From positions 1-29,591 of IMG/VR virus record IMGVR_UViG_3300021960_009613: a stretch of DNA of 29,591 nt. One strand, 5' to 3'. Shown piece after piece: positions 17,227 through 24,745 of this stretch. The notes under the pieces were generated by a model, which was not told the origin of the DNA, ran no database searches, and worked only from the letters and a program-made list of their open reading frames with translations. A program made the translations under genes and the position numbers. Source of the stretch: a virus. Its lineage: Duplodnaviria; Caudoviricetes. Positions within the stretch are counted from its first letter, which is position 1, and each line of letters begins with the position of its first letter.

Positions 17227-18677
17227 AAATCTATTGAATTGATTTTGTAATCAAACTCCTCTGTGGTATAATACTTAAAGCGTTCATTTGAATGTCTTAA
17301 TGCAAAATTATCTCTAGATTTATATTTTAGATCATCAATAATATCAAACACTGTTGCTTTTTGACCGTTATCTGACTTACGTAAAATACGACCAATTGAT
17401 TGTAATACTTTTATTTTCGATTTAGTAGGATGTGCAAGCACTAAATTATGAAGATTACGTATATTTACTCCAGTAGAAAACACACCAAGTGATGCTATAA
17501 TAATAACATCATTTGATTCTGCCATTTGCCGTACTGCTTCTCTTGAATTTTTATCTGTTTCACCAGCGACATAGTACAATTGTTTCTCAGTATTAATTCT
17601 ATCAAATATATCTTTACCGTGTTCTAATCTTAAAAATACAACTAATGTATTACCTGGTAAAGTAGAAGCCATTTTAGCAATAAGACTATTTCTTTTATCA
17701 TGAGTTACTATAAACTCTACTTCTTCATTATAAGTCATATCTTTAACTTTTTTACGATCACTTTCTTCGTAACGAAGCTGCACCAATCTTATATTCATTT
17801 GCGATACTTGATCTCTATCCATAAGCTCTTTAGTTGTAATAAGTTTATGAACGGAACCAAAAAGACCTTTCAACACCAACTCATGTGTTTTAGCTTCTTG
17901 CAATGTTCCTGTTAGCCCAATTCTATCCGGACATATAAGCATTTTATTCATAATAGATTGTATAGATTTAGCTTGAGCGTGGTGTACTTCATCTACTACT
18001 ACTGAACCAAACTGAGCGAACCAACCAGCAGACATTTTATAGATAGATTGCCAGGTAGATATAACTACTCTTTCTTTAGTTTCTTTTTCTACACCACCAG
18101 TAATACTATGTATGTTAGTAAATTTACCATTAGAATAATCTTTAAAATCTGATGTCATTTGACTTACTAACGAAACCGTTGGTACAATAATAAGTATTTT
18201 TCTGTCATGTGTTTCTAACCACCATCTAATTAGTGCATAGATAATTAAAGATTTTCCTGATGCGGTAGGTGATAATAAAAGGCAACGTTGTTTAGTAACA
18301 GCTGTCTTAAAAGCTTCTATTTGATAATCTCTCATCTCAATACGTTTACCTTTAGAATAAGGTTTTAGTACATCTAGAAATTTAGTTAAAAATTCAGTAT
18401 TACTTGGTTCAAGTATTTGCGTTTTAGAACCTTCAAAGTAACAATCTACATCCATATCTTTTGCAAATTTAGTTATATCACCCATTAAACCAGCGTAAAT
18501 ATTACTTTCGCGAAGATTAGCCAATCTTATCTTACCATCCCAAAACTTACTCCTGTATTGAGGAGTAAATTCTGCACCTGGTACTTTAAATGTAAAATAA
18601 TCACTCAACATTCTTAGGTCTGCTTTATCACCATCAAATTCGAGATAGACGTCGTTTTTTTTTCGGAATGTTATCAT
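17223..18677 (-). CDS. uvsW: SF2 DNA helicase
   Basis: WDGKIRL, RDYQ, SPTASGKS, STWQS, DEVH, GLTGT, FSTGVNI, LQSIGRILR. Start set at ATG 18677 (ATGA overlap with uvsY). Confidence 0.96.
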   Translation of the reverse strand: MITFRKKNDVYLEFDGDKADLRMLSDYFTFKVPGAEFTPQYRSKFWDGKIRLANLRESNIYAGLMGDITKFAKDMDVDCYFEGSKTQILEPSNTEFLTKFLDVLKPYSKGKRIEMRDYQIEAFKTAVTKQRCLLLSPTASGKSLIIYALIRWWLETHDRKILIIVPTVSLVSQMTSDFKDYSNGKFTNIHSITGGVEKETKERVVISTWQSIYKMSAGWFAQFGSVVVDEVHHAQAKSIQSIMNKMLICPDRIGLTGTLQEAKTHELVLKGLFGSVHKLITTKELMDRDQVSQMNIRLVQLRYEESDRKKVKDMTYNEEVEFIVTHDKRNSLIAKMASTLPGNTLVVFLRLEHGKDIFDRINTEKQLYYVAGETDKNSREAVRQMAESNDVIIIASLGVFSTGVNIRNLHNLVLAHPTKSKIKVLQSIGRILRKSDNGQKATVFDIIDDLKYKSRDNFALRHSNERFKYYTTEEFDYKINSIDL

Positions 18678-19108
18678 AGACTGCCAGAAGTAAATCTTAC
18701 CCAATCAATAGCGTTTTTTATTGATTGGTTTCTCCACTTAATTTGCTCAAGTATGTGATTGAGACCTTCAAGTAGAATATTTATATACTCTATTCTTTGT
18801 TCAATTGCAACTACTTCTGGATCAGTATTGACATGTTTATCAACACCTGCTTTTGTCTTTAGTTTAAGATCAAAAGGTTTTTCTTTATATTCATTAGCAG
18901 TAGCTTGACCAGAATAGTATAATTCTTTATCTTTTTTTATCGAGTCTAGCTTATGATTCATAGCTATTTTCTTAGCTTTAAGATCCATAAGAATAGATAA
19001 GTATTTATGATGTAACTTTGGTACATCTACAGATGCTGAGTCAAGCGCTGTCTTATCTATACCAGCATCTTCTTCCCACATTTTTAATAATTCGTCATGA
19101 GTCAACAT
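18674..19108 (-). CDS. uvsY: Recombination mediator protein
   Basis: W..D..ID...LD..S..VPKLH.KYL, YYSG, PFDLK, R...IKNAIDW.RF.SG; synteny with uvsW. Confidence 0.92.
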   Translation of the reverse strand: MLTHDELLKMWEEDAGIDKTALDSASVDVPKLHHKYLSILMDLKAKKIAMNHKLDSIKKDKELYYSGQATANEYKEKPFDLKLKTKAGVDKHVNTDPEVVAIEQRIEYINILLEGLNHILEQIKWRNQSIKNAIDWVRFTSGSL

Positions 19109-19116
19109 ACGGTTAT

Positions 19117-19124
19117 TATAAATA
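19117..19124 (+). promoter_or_regulatory. T4-type late promoter TATAAATA facing phoH, overlapping a minus-strand TATAAT (19115-19120) facing uvsY
   Basis: Exact consensus in the divergent intergenic region. Confidence 0.65.
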
Positions 19125-19158
19125 GTTTAATGGTAAAGTTCTTTACTATATTTCAATT

Positions 19159-19191
19159 AACCTCCAGCCATTTTGGCCATGGAGGTTTTTT
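19159..19191 (+). terminator. Terminator-like hairpin in the phoH leader
   Basis: AACCTCCA-GCCA-TTT-TGGC-CA-TGGAGGTT followed by TTTT. Confidence 0.5.
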
Positions 19192-19218
19192 CAGTTTTTA
19201 CCCCAGGAGAAAATATAA

Positions 19219-19905
19219 ATGGCACGACCTAAAAAGAAAGAAACTTTCGTGAAAGAAATTCAATCGTCTACCGCCTTCCATATCCAACCTAAGAATCCTA
19301 CTCAACAATATCTTCTTGACTGTATAGATCAATCCGTAATGACAATATGTATTGGACCAGCTGGTACAGGTAAAACATTCTGTACAGGTATGAAAGCTGC
19401 TCAGCTCATACTCAAAGGAGGATATGATAAAATTGTTCTCACAAGGCCAAATGTTGCAACCGGTAGATCTTTAGGTTATTTTCCTGGTTCTGTAGAAGAA
19501 AAAATGACACCTTGGTTAAGACCTATTATGAATGTATTACAAGAAGGTTTAGGAAAAGGTCGTTATGACTACATGTTTTCGAAAGAACAAATTCAAATTC
19601 AACCTATAGAAACTATTAGAGGTAATTCTTTTGAAGATTGTATTATTATTGTAGATGAATCTCAAAACTTAAACATGTCGGAGATTAAAGCTATTACAAC
19701 CCGTATTGGTGAGAACTCTAAGTTAATTCTTTTAGGTGATCCAGCGCAATCTGACGTGCATGATGGCGAGGCTTTAGATGAGTTTGTAGAGATGTGTCAT
19801 CATTATAGTATAGAAGCTCCTATTGTAAGGTTTACTACGGATCATATTGTTCGATCAGATATAGTAGCTCAATTAGTAAAAATGTTTGCTAAATATAATA
19901 TGTAA
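19219..19905 (+). CDS. phoH: PhoH-family ATPase
   Basis: GPAGTGKT, LTRP, LGYFPG..EEKM.PW, RGNSF, IVDESQN, TRIGENSK, GDPAQSD, DHIVRS; AGGAG RBS. Confidence 0.95.
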   Translation: MARPKKKETFVKEIQSSTAFHIQPKNPTQQYLLDCIDQSVMTICIGPAGTGKTFCTGMKAAQLILKGGYDKIVLTRPNVATGRSLGYFPGSVEEKMTPWLRPIMNVLQEGLGKGRYDYMFSKEQIQIQPIETIRGNSFEDCIIIVDESQNLNMSEIKAITTRIGENSKLILLGDPAQSDVHDGEALDEFVEMCHHYSIEAPIVRFTTDHIVRSDIVAQLVKMFAKYNM

Positions 19906-19912
19906 AAAAATT

Positions 19913-19940
19913 AAAAAGAAGAGAAAAACCTCTTCTTTTT
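19913..19940. terminator. Bidirectional rho-independent terminator between the convergent phoH and iscA
   Basis: AAAAAGAAGAG-aaaaac-CTCTTCTTTTT inverted repeat with A and T tracts on either side. Confidence 0.75.
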
Positions 19941-19993
19941 TCTTATAATCTGTACAGCTGCTGTGATGTACTAAAGCCCCAGAGACCATATGT

Positions 19994-20299
19994 TTATACT
20001 GCAAATGATTCACCACATCCACAAGATGCTGTCGCGTTAGGATTGATTACCTTAAGATAAGACCCGCCTAATTCATTTACGTAATCAATAGTACAACCAG
20101 CTACAAACATTTCAGCCATATCATCTATACATAATATATTATCTATAGTAGGACCAAAACCTTTAGTATCTGTTAAAGACCATTCATATTGAAAACCTGA
20201 ACACCCTCCACCTTTTACAGATAGATATACGTATTGACTATTACTATTAATAGCTACTTTTTTCATATATTCTTTAGCGGATTCGGTTAATGTTACCAT
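19994..20299 (-). CDS. iscA: A-type Fe-S cluster carrier (IscA/ErpA/HesB family)
   Basis: TLTESA, VKGGGCSGFQY, TIDY, NPNATASCGCGESF; all three conserved Cys present. Confidence 0.93.
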   Translation of the reverse strand: MVTLTESAKEYMKKVAINSNSQYVYLSVKGGGCSGFQYEWSLTDTKGFGPTIDNILCIDDMAEMFVAGCTIDYVNELGGSYLKVINPNATASCGCGESFAV

Positions 20300-20760
20300 T
20301 AATTAGCTATTTCAAACTTTAAATTTTTATGTTTAGGATATGTTACTGCAATATTTCCTTCTGGACAAGCATAATCTATATAAGCAATCAGCGTTGCAGT
20401 GCCTGGAGCAACCAATTGAGTAGATTCTATTTTCATTTTAAAAGCAAACGTATCAACTGTATCACTTGCTGGACCCATAAACTTGCCAATACTGCTTGAT
20501 GCTTGATGGACAATATTTTGGCTGTCTCTAACAGTCAGAGTAAAATCAGTAACAGTACAATCATCTCTGTGTTTCTCTCTTGCTACAGTAACTTTGTAGT
20601 CACCTTCGAATGGCTCAATAACAAAGTGTTCTGGTGCCCAAGTAAGAATGTCTTTGCTTTCAAATTTATCCCACAATGTGTATCCACCACCAATAAGAGC
20701 AAATGATGCTGTTACAATTCCAATACCTTTTGTAATATTTTCAATATCAAAACTAATCAT
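20299..20760 (-). CDS. Membrane-anchored hypothetical protein
   Basis: N-terminal hydrophobic helix GIGIVTASFALIGGGYTLW; beta-rich remainder with two Cys. Confidence 0.7.
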   Translation of the reverse strand: MISFDIENITKGIGIVTASFALIGGGYTLWDKFESKDILTWAPEHFVIEPFEGDYKVTVAREKHRDDCTVTDFTLTVRDSQNIVHQASSSIGKFMGPASDTVDTFAFKMKIESTQLVAPGTATLIAYIDYACPEGNIAVTYPKHKNLKFEIAN

Positions 20761-20980
20761 TTTTCTTTTTTGCTTTACCAGCTTTCATGTTAGCCATCCA
20801 ATGTGCTAACTGACCTTTTCGTCCACCTTGCTTAGCAACTTTTCTAAGTTTTGAAACAGAAGCTTTAGTAGGGACACCATGACGTTTACTGTCACCTTTA
20901 TCTTCTGGATTTTTACCATCCATAAAATTTTCTTTTATATTTTTATAAAAAATATTATTACCTGAAAAAATAGACATCAT
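20753..20980 (-). CDS. Small basic protein with the shared MSIxxGxNxFY leader
   Basis: MSIFSGNNIFYKNIKE|NFMDGK...LAHWMANMKAGK. Confidence 0.75.
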   Translation of the reverse strand: MMSIFSGNNIFYKNIKENFMDGKNPEDKGDSKRHGVPTKASVSKLRKVAKQGGRKGQLAHWMANMKAGKAKKKND

Positions 20981-21456
20981 AACACTCTATTTAAAGTCAT
21001 TTTCTTTTTACCATAAGCTCTTAAAGCTCCTTGTTGAGATCTTTTTCTATTAGCTTGTTGTTGTTTTATTGACTGTGTAGAAGTTGTAGCCTTAGTGGTC
21101 ACATGTCTTCCTTGTGTACCTTTTGATCTCAAGTAATCGTTTGAATTTGGATTAACTTTTTTAGACGTTAAAGGGTTAAGGTTCTTAGTTCTAGGACCTC
21201 TAGGTTTATTACCTGCAGTACCAACCATAATAGCTTCCTGTCTTATTTTGACATACTCAGCTTTTCTTTTAATATTTTCATCACGCATTTCTTCTTTTGT
21301 CGCCCTTTGTTTAGCCCATTCTTTTCTTTTAGCTATTACTTTATCACGTAAGCTAGGCTCTTCAGGCGGTCTTTTTTTTACAGTAATAGTTTTGGTTTTA
21401 GGTCTAGTTCTTGCAAAACCTAATATTTCATTTACTTGTTCTTTATCATTTACCAT
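20977..21456 (-). CDS. Highly basic hypothetical protein
   Basis: K/R-rich. Probable ATG at 21456 overlapping the upstream stop, with GGAG upstream. Confidence 0.65.
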   Translation of the reverse strand: MVNDKEQVNEILGFARTRPKTKTITVKKRPPEEPSLRDKVIAKRKEWAKQRATKEEMRDENIKRKAEYVKIRQEAIMVGTAGNKPRGPRTKNLNPLTSKKVNPNSNDYLRSKGTQGRHVTTKATTSTQSIKQQQANRKRSQQGALRAYGKKKMTLNRVL

Positions 21457-21788
21457 TGTTTGCAACTCCAATATCTAGCCATATCTTTAGGACCTGGATT
21501 ATCACAATTGTGTCTTGCTCTGAAAGATTTTCTTCGCTCAGGGTTATCAGCTTTTATCTCCATATTAGGATCACCGAAATTTACTTTAACAACATTACCT
21601 TTTGCGTTTTTGACATACACTGATCTTTTCTTTGGACCACCAGGTGTAAGAAAAGGTTTATTTAACTTAACGTTTTTCTTTTTACCACCGTCTTCTTCAT
21701 CAATATAGATAGCATCTTCTTCAATTTCATTCCATTCATTAAAAACTACTTTGTTATAAAATAGATTGTTCCCTGTTAAAATACTCAT
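21450..21788 (-). CDS. Small basic protein with the shared leader; C-terminal RKSFRARHNC...ARYWSC domain
   Basis: MSILTGNNLFY leader, acidic linker, basic domain of a type I recall from marine phages (unverified). Confidence 0.8.
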   Translation of the reverse strand: MSILTGNNLFYNKVVFNEWNEIEEDAIYIDEEDGGKKKNVKLNKPFLTPGGPKKRSVYVKNAKGNVVKVNFGDPNMEIKADNPERRKSFRARHNCDNPGPKDMARYWSCKQW

Positions 21789-21789
21789 A

Positions 21790-22266
21790 TTAATTTTCCT
21801 TCTTACTCGAATTGTATGTTATTGCATGCACGGGAGTATTACCTGTACCATGATGAGTATTATGAGTTAGTCTAGTATTTCCAGCTAGTAAGTGGGTATG
21901 ACCTGTATGTTTATCATGCAATACAATAGGTTTGGTTACAGGTTTAGATCCTGACATCTGTTTCTTTACTCTATTAGACTTTTCTTTATCTATAACACCT
22001 GGTCTAGGTTTAGAACCTGCATCTGTATTAGACATCTTTTTAACAGATACAGGACTTACGGTCATTGATTTAGCATTCTTCATAGCTTTGTGATAATTAT
22101 TTTTATCTTTAAGATGGTGTAACATTTTATGAACATGATCTGGATAGGTACCATGTTTAACAGCAGCTTGGGTATGTACCTCATCATGCTCTTCGTGATG
22201 TTTAGGACTTACCCATTTTACTTCTTTTAAATAATAAAAAATATTGTCACCAGATAAAATACTCAT
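21790..22266 (-). CDS. His-rich protein with the shared leader and a ParB/sulfiredoxin-like C-terminal motif
   Basis: MSILSGDNIFYYLKE leader; PIVL......LLAGNTRL resembles the ParB-N GxxR motif. Confidence 0.7.
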   Translation of the reverse strand: MSILSGDNIFYYLKEVKWVSPKHHEEHDEVHTQAAVKHGTYPDHVHKMLHHLKDKNNYHKAMKNAKSMTVSPVSVKKMSNTDAGSKPRPGVIDKEKSNRVKKQMSGSKPVTKPIVLHDKHTGHTHLLAGNTRLTHNTHHGTGNTPVHAITYNSSKKEN

Positions 22267-22267
22267 T

Positions 22268-22513
22268 TTATTTCTTAGGACTACCCCAAACCTCTCTAGA
22301 ATTTACTTTAATAAATCTTTTGTTAGTTTCATTTGTATTTGGATTAGGTATTGTTAAAACAACTTTTTTAAGCTTTAAATGTGCTTGTAGTTGAGCATCT
22401 TGTCTACTACTTGAGCTCATGTGCTCTTTTCTAGCGATTTTATGATACTTATTAGGTTGTTGATGTGTAATACCTTTAGATATTTGTTTCGCTCTTTGTC
22501 TTTTTTTAGCCAT
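22268..22513 (-). CDS. Small basic hypothetical protein
   Basis: GAGG RBS; LTIPNPNTNETNKRFIKV motif; directly downstream of gp3. Confidence 0.75.
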   Translation of the reverse strand: MAKKRQRAKQISKGITHQQPNKYHKIARKEHMSSSSRQDAQLQAHLKLKKVVLTIPNPNTNETNKRFIKVNSREVWGSPKK

Positions 22514-22521
22514 AATAACCT

Positions 22522-23106
22522 CTATATTTTATCATTATTTAATTTACCATTAGTATAAGTTTCATTTTCGAAGTAAAGATATCTAAATGAAGCTGTACTA
22601 GTAATATAATCTATATTAGCGCTCGTAGCATCATATGTAGGTCCATCAACACTGATTGGAAAACATTCTACAAAATTCCAATGTATTAAAGGATTGTTAC
22701 CATCATCACAACCGAACACAGTAATGTTAGTTGTGGTTCTCGCAAAATCAGATCTACTAGAGATATTGTTAGCGCTTTGTGTGTAGTTACCATATTGATC
22801 AAAACTTTCAGGATGGTTTATAGCTTTTAACCATTCAACTACAGCTCTATAATTACCGAAATTTTTATCAATTAAAAAAGTAAAATCTAAAGTTGCATAA
22901 TCAACACCGTTACCAGGTACAAATGCTCTACTAGAATTCAATCTATTAGGTAAAGGTACTTCACCACCTGTAATATTAGGAATAGTTAATCCTTGAAGTA
23001 AAAATACGACACTAGGCATATTTTCTGCTACTGCATAAAAATTTTGTGGAGCTACAAAAGAAAGCTCTGGTATTCTACTGGATACTGTATTATAAGATAA
23101 TGCCAT
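22522..23106 (-). CDS. gp3: Tail completion / sheath stabilizer protein
   Basis: F..Q...IP.I..G, PG..V.Y..L...FLID....NY, F..CFP.S.....YD, TASFRY; position between gp23 and uvsY as in marine T4-like phages. Confidence 0.8.
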   Translation of the reverse strand: MALSYNTVSSRIPELSFVAPQNFYAVAENMPSVVFLLQGLTIPNITGGEVPLPNRLNSSRAFVPGNGVDYATLDFTFLIDKNFGNYRAVVEWLKAINHPESFDQYGNYTQSANNISSRSDFARTTTNITVFGCDDGNNPLIHWNFVECFPISVDGPTYDATSANIDYITSTASFRYLYFENETYTNGKLNNDKI

Positions 23107-23110
23107 ATTA

Positions 23111-23118
23111 TATTTATA
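23111..23118 (-). promoter_or_regulatory. Late promoter TATAAATA
   Basis: Exact consensus 4 nt upstream of the gp3 ATG. Confidence 0.8.
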
Positions 23119-23120
23119 AT

Positions 23121-23150
23121 AAAAAAAGAGGCAGCCGCGGCTGCCTCTTT
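23121..23150 (-). terminator. Rho-independent terminator of gp23
   Basis: Perfect 26-bp palindrome AAAGAGGCAGCCGCGGCTGCCTCTTT (23125-23150) ending in a 7-nt U tract on the minus strand. Confidence 0.9.
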
Positions 23151-23168
23151 ACAAAGAACGTAATCGAC

Positions 23169-24680
23169 TTAAACGTTGTCGATACGGAACTTACGATAGT
23201 AAACGTTAGTGTTGTGTGCAACAAGACCACCAGCACTATTAACAGCAGCAGCTCCGCTAGCGAATGGGTTTGAAACCATACCGTAACGAGTCTTAAAGCC
23301 GATTTTTGGCTGGAATGTTTCTTGTGCAACTGCACGTACCATTTGCAACGGAACGTATGGGCAATAGAACATACCTGCGTCCATGTTGTTTGAACCCTTA
23401 TAACCAACAACAGCATAGTCACCTGAAGTTGCATATGGGTCAACGTAAACTTTCATACGACCATTCAATGTACCTGCAAATACACCTGAAGTTACGTCAA
23501 CATTCAAGTTGTCGTTTAAGCCTGATGAATAGTCAAGAAGACCAGCCATTGTCAAGCTAGAAGCAACGTTTGCAGAACAAAGAACGAAGTTACCTTTACC
23601 ACGGCGTGTTTCGAAAGCAACTTTATTAGCTTCTTTCTCAAGCTGTAGCATAAGACCTTTTTGACGCTCAACTGACCAACGGCCTTGACCGTCTGCAATG
23701 AGATCAAATACACCGTCATTTGTTAAGCCGTCTGCACCATACTTAGCTTGGCTAACCATTGTGCGAACAACCTCACGGTTGATTTCAGCAAGAATTTCAG
23801 TTGACAAAATGTTTGACAACTCAGCTTCTGCATCCAAACCATGAACAGCTTTAAGGTCTTGAACTAATTCCATGGTGTACTCACTCTTGAGCGCACGTGT
23901 CTTTGCTTCGACAGATGTACGTTCGATTGTGAATGACATTTCACGGAAGTTGTCGCCTTCACCTTCTCTAGTAGACATACCAAATGGTGATGTACCAGCA
24001 GAACTCATTCCGGATGGAACATAGTCACCAGTTTCTGGATTACCACCAGCTTGATTAGCTACTTCCAAGATTGGATCGTTACCAGATGCATCACTAAACG
24101 GATCGTTAACGAAGTTAGCTGTAAAAGCATCAGCACCATCTGAACCTGCATCACCAGCGTTGTTTGCACGACCTGGAGTGAATGGGTTAGTTGCTGTTGC
24201 AGCATTTGAACCAGCTGCATGAGTTGCTGGTGAACCAGTATTAAATGGTGTACCAGAGAAGTTCGGGAAGACTTCGTTGTAGAATGCTTCACGACCATCT
24301 GCGTTTGTGTTACTGTCTTGATAACGTGCACGTAGCGCAAAAATCAACCCTGTTGGAGCTGACATTGGCTGAACGCCACAAAGATCAAAAGCCATCATCT
24401 GTGGCATTGCACGACGTACAAGTGAGATGATAATTGGGTCGTAACCTGCACGACCTGTTGCATTAATAGTTGAGTTAGAACCTGCACCTGAAAAAGCACC
24501 ACCAAAGCCTGCGCCTGATAGTGATGACTCATTCATAATACCTGCTTCTTCTCTTAATGCCGTTTCAGTATTTTCTAGGACCTGAGCAACAACCGCTTTA
24601 CGATCACGTTCCTTAATTGGATCGAGATCTTCGTGGTTGATTACTGGTGCCCATTTTTCCATAAGGACATCGGTTGACAT
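23169..24680 (-). CDS. gp23: Major capsid protein
   Basis: KWAPV, YDPIIISLVRRAMP, GVQPM.APTGLIFALRARY, EMSFTIE, RALKSEYTMELVQDLKAVHGLDAEAELSNILSTEI, YCPYVPLQM, FQPKIGFKTRYG. ATG 24680 has an AGGAG RBS. Confidence 0.98.
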   Translation of the reverse strand: MSTDVLMEKWAPVINHEDLDPIKERDRKAVVAQVLENTETALREEAGIMNESSLSGAGFGGAFSGAGSNSTINATGRAGYDPIIISLVRRAMPQMMAFDLCGVQPMSAPTGLIFALRARYQDSNTNADGREAFYNEVFPNFSGTPFNTGSPATHAAGSNAATATNPFTPGRANNAGDAGSDGADAFTANFVNDPFSDASGNDPILEVANQAGGNPETGDYVPSGMSSAGTSPFGMSTREGEGDNFREMSFTIERTSVEAKTRALKSEYTMELVQDLKAVHGLDAEAELSNILSTEILAEINREVVRTMVSQAKYGADGLTNDGVFDLIADGQGRWSVERQKGLMLQLEKEANKVAFETRRGKGNFVLCSANVASSLTMAGLLDYSSGLNDNLNVDVTSGVFAGTLNGRMKVYVDPYATSGDYAVVGYKGSNNMDAGMFYCPYVPLQMVRAVAQETFQPKIGFKTRYGMVSNPFASGAAAVNSAGGLVAHNTNVYYRKFRIDNV

Positions 24681-24745
24681 TTTATTTCTCCTATTCAAAA
24701 TTTATTATGTCTAATTTTCTTATTAATTTTTACCCTAAAATTTTC

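Noticed and set aside
13896-18677. Introns, inteins or homing endonucleases in gp46, gp47, gp55 or uvsW
   Set aside because: The ORFs are uninterrupted and of ordinary length, with no splicing or endonuclease motifs seen.
19122-19137. ATAGTTTAATGGTAAA resembles a tRNA-Gly D-arm
   Set aside because: No acceptor stem, anticodon arm or TTCGA T-loop follows, and it overlaps the promoter. Treated as coincidence.
21450-21471. Possible programmed frameshift joining the leader-bearing ORF 21450-21788 to the leaderless basic ORF below it
   Set aside because: No clear slippery heptamer; ATG 21456 has its own GGAG, so ordinary translational coupling suffices.
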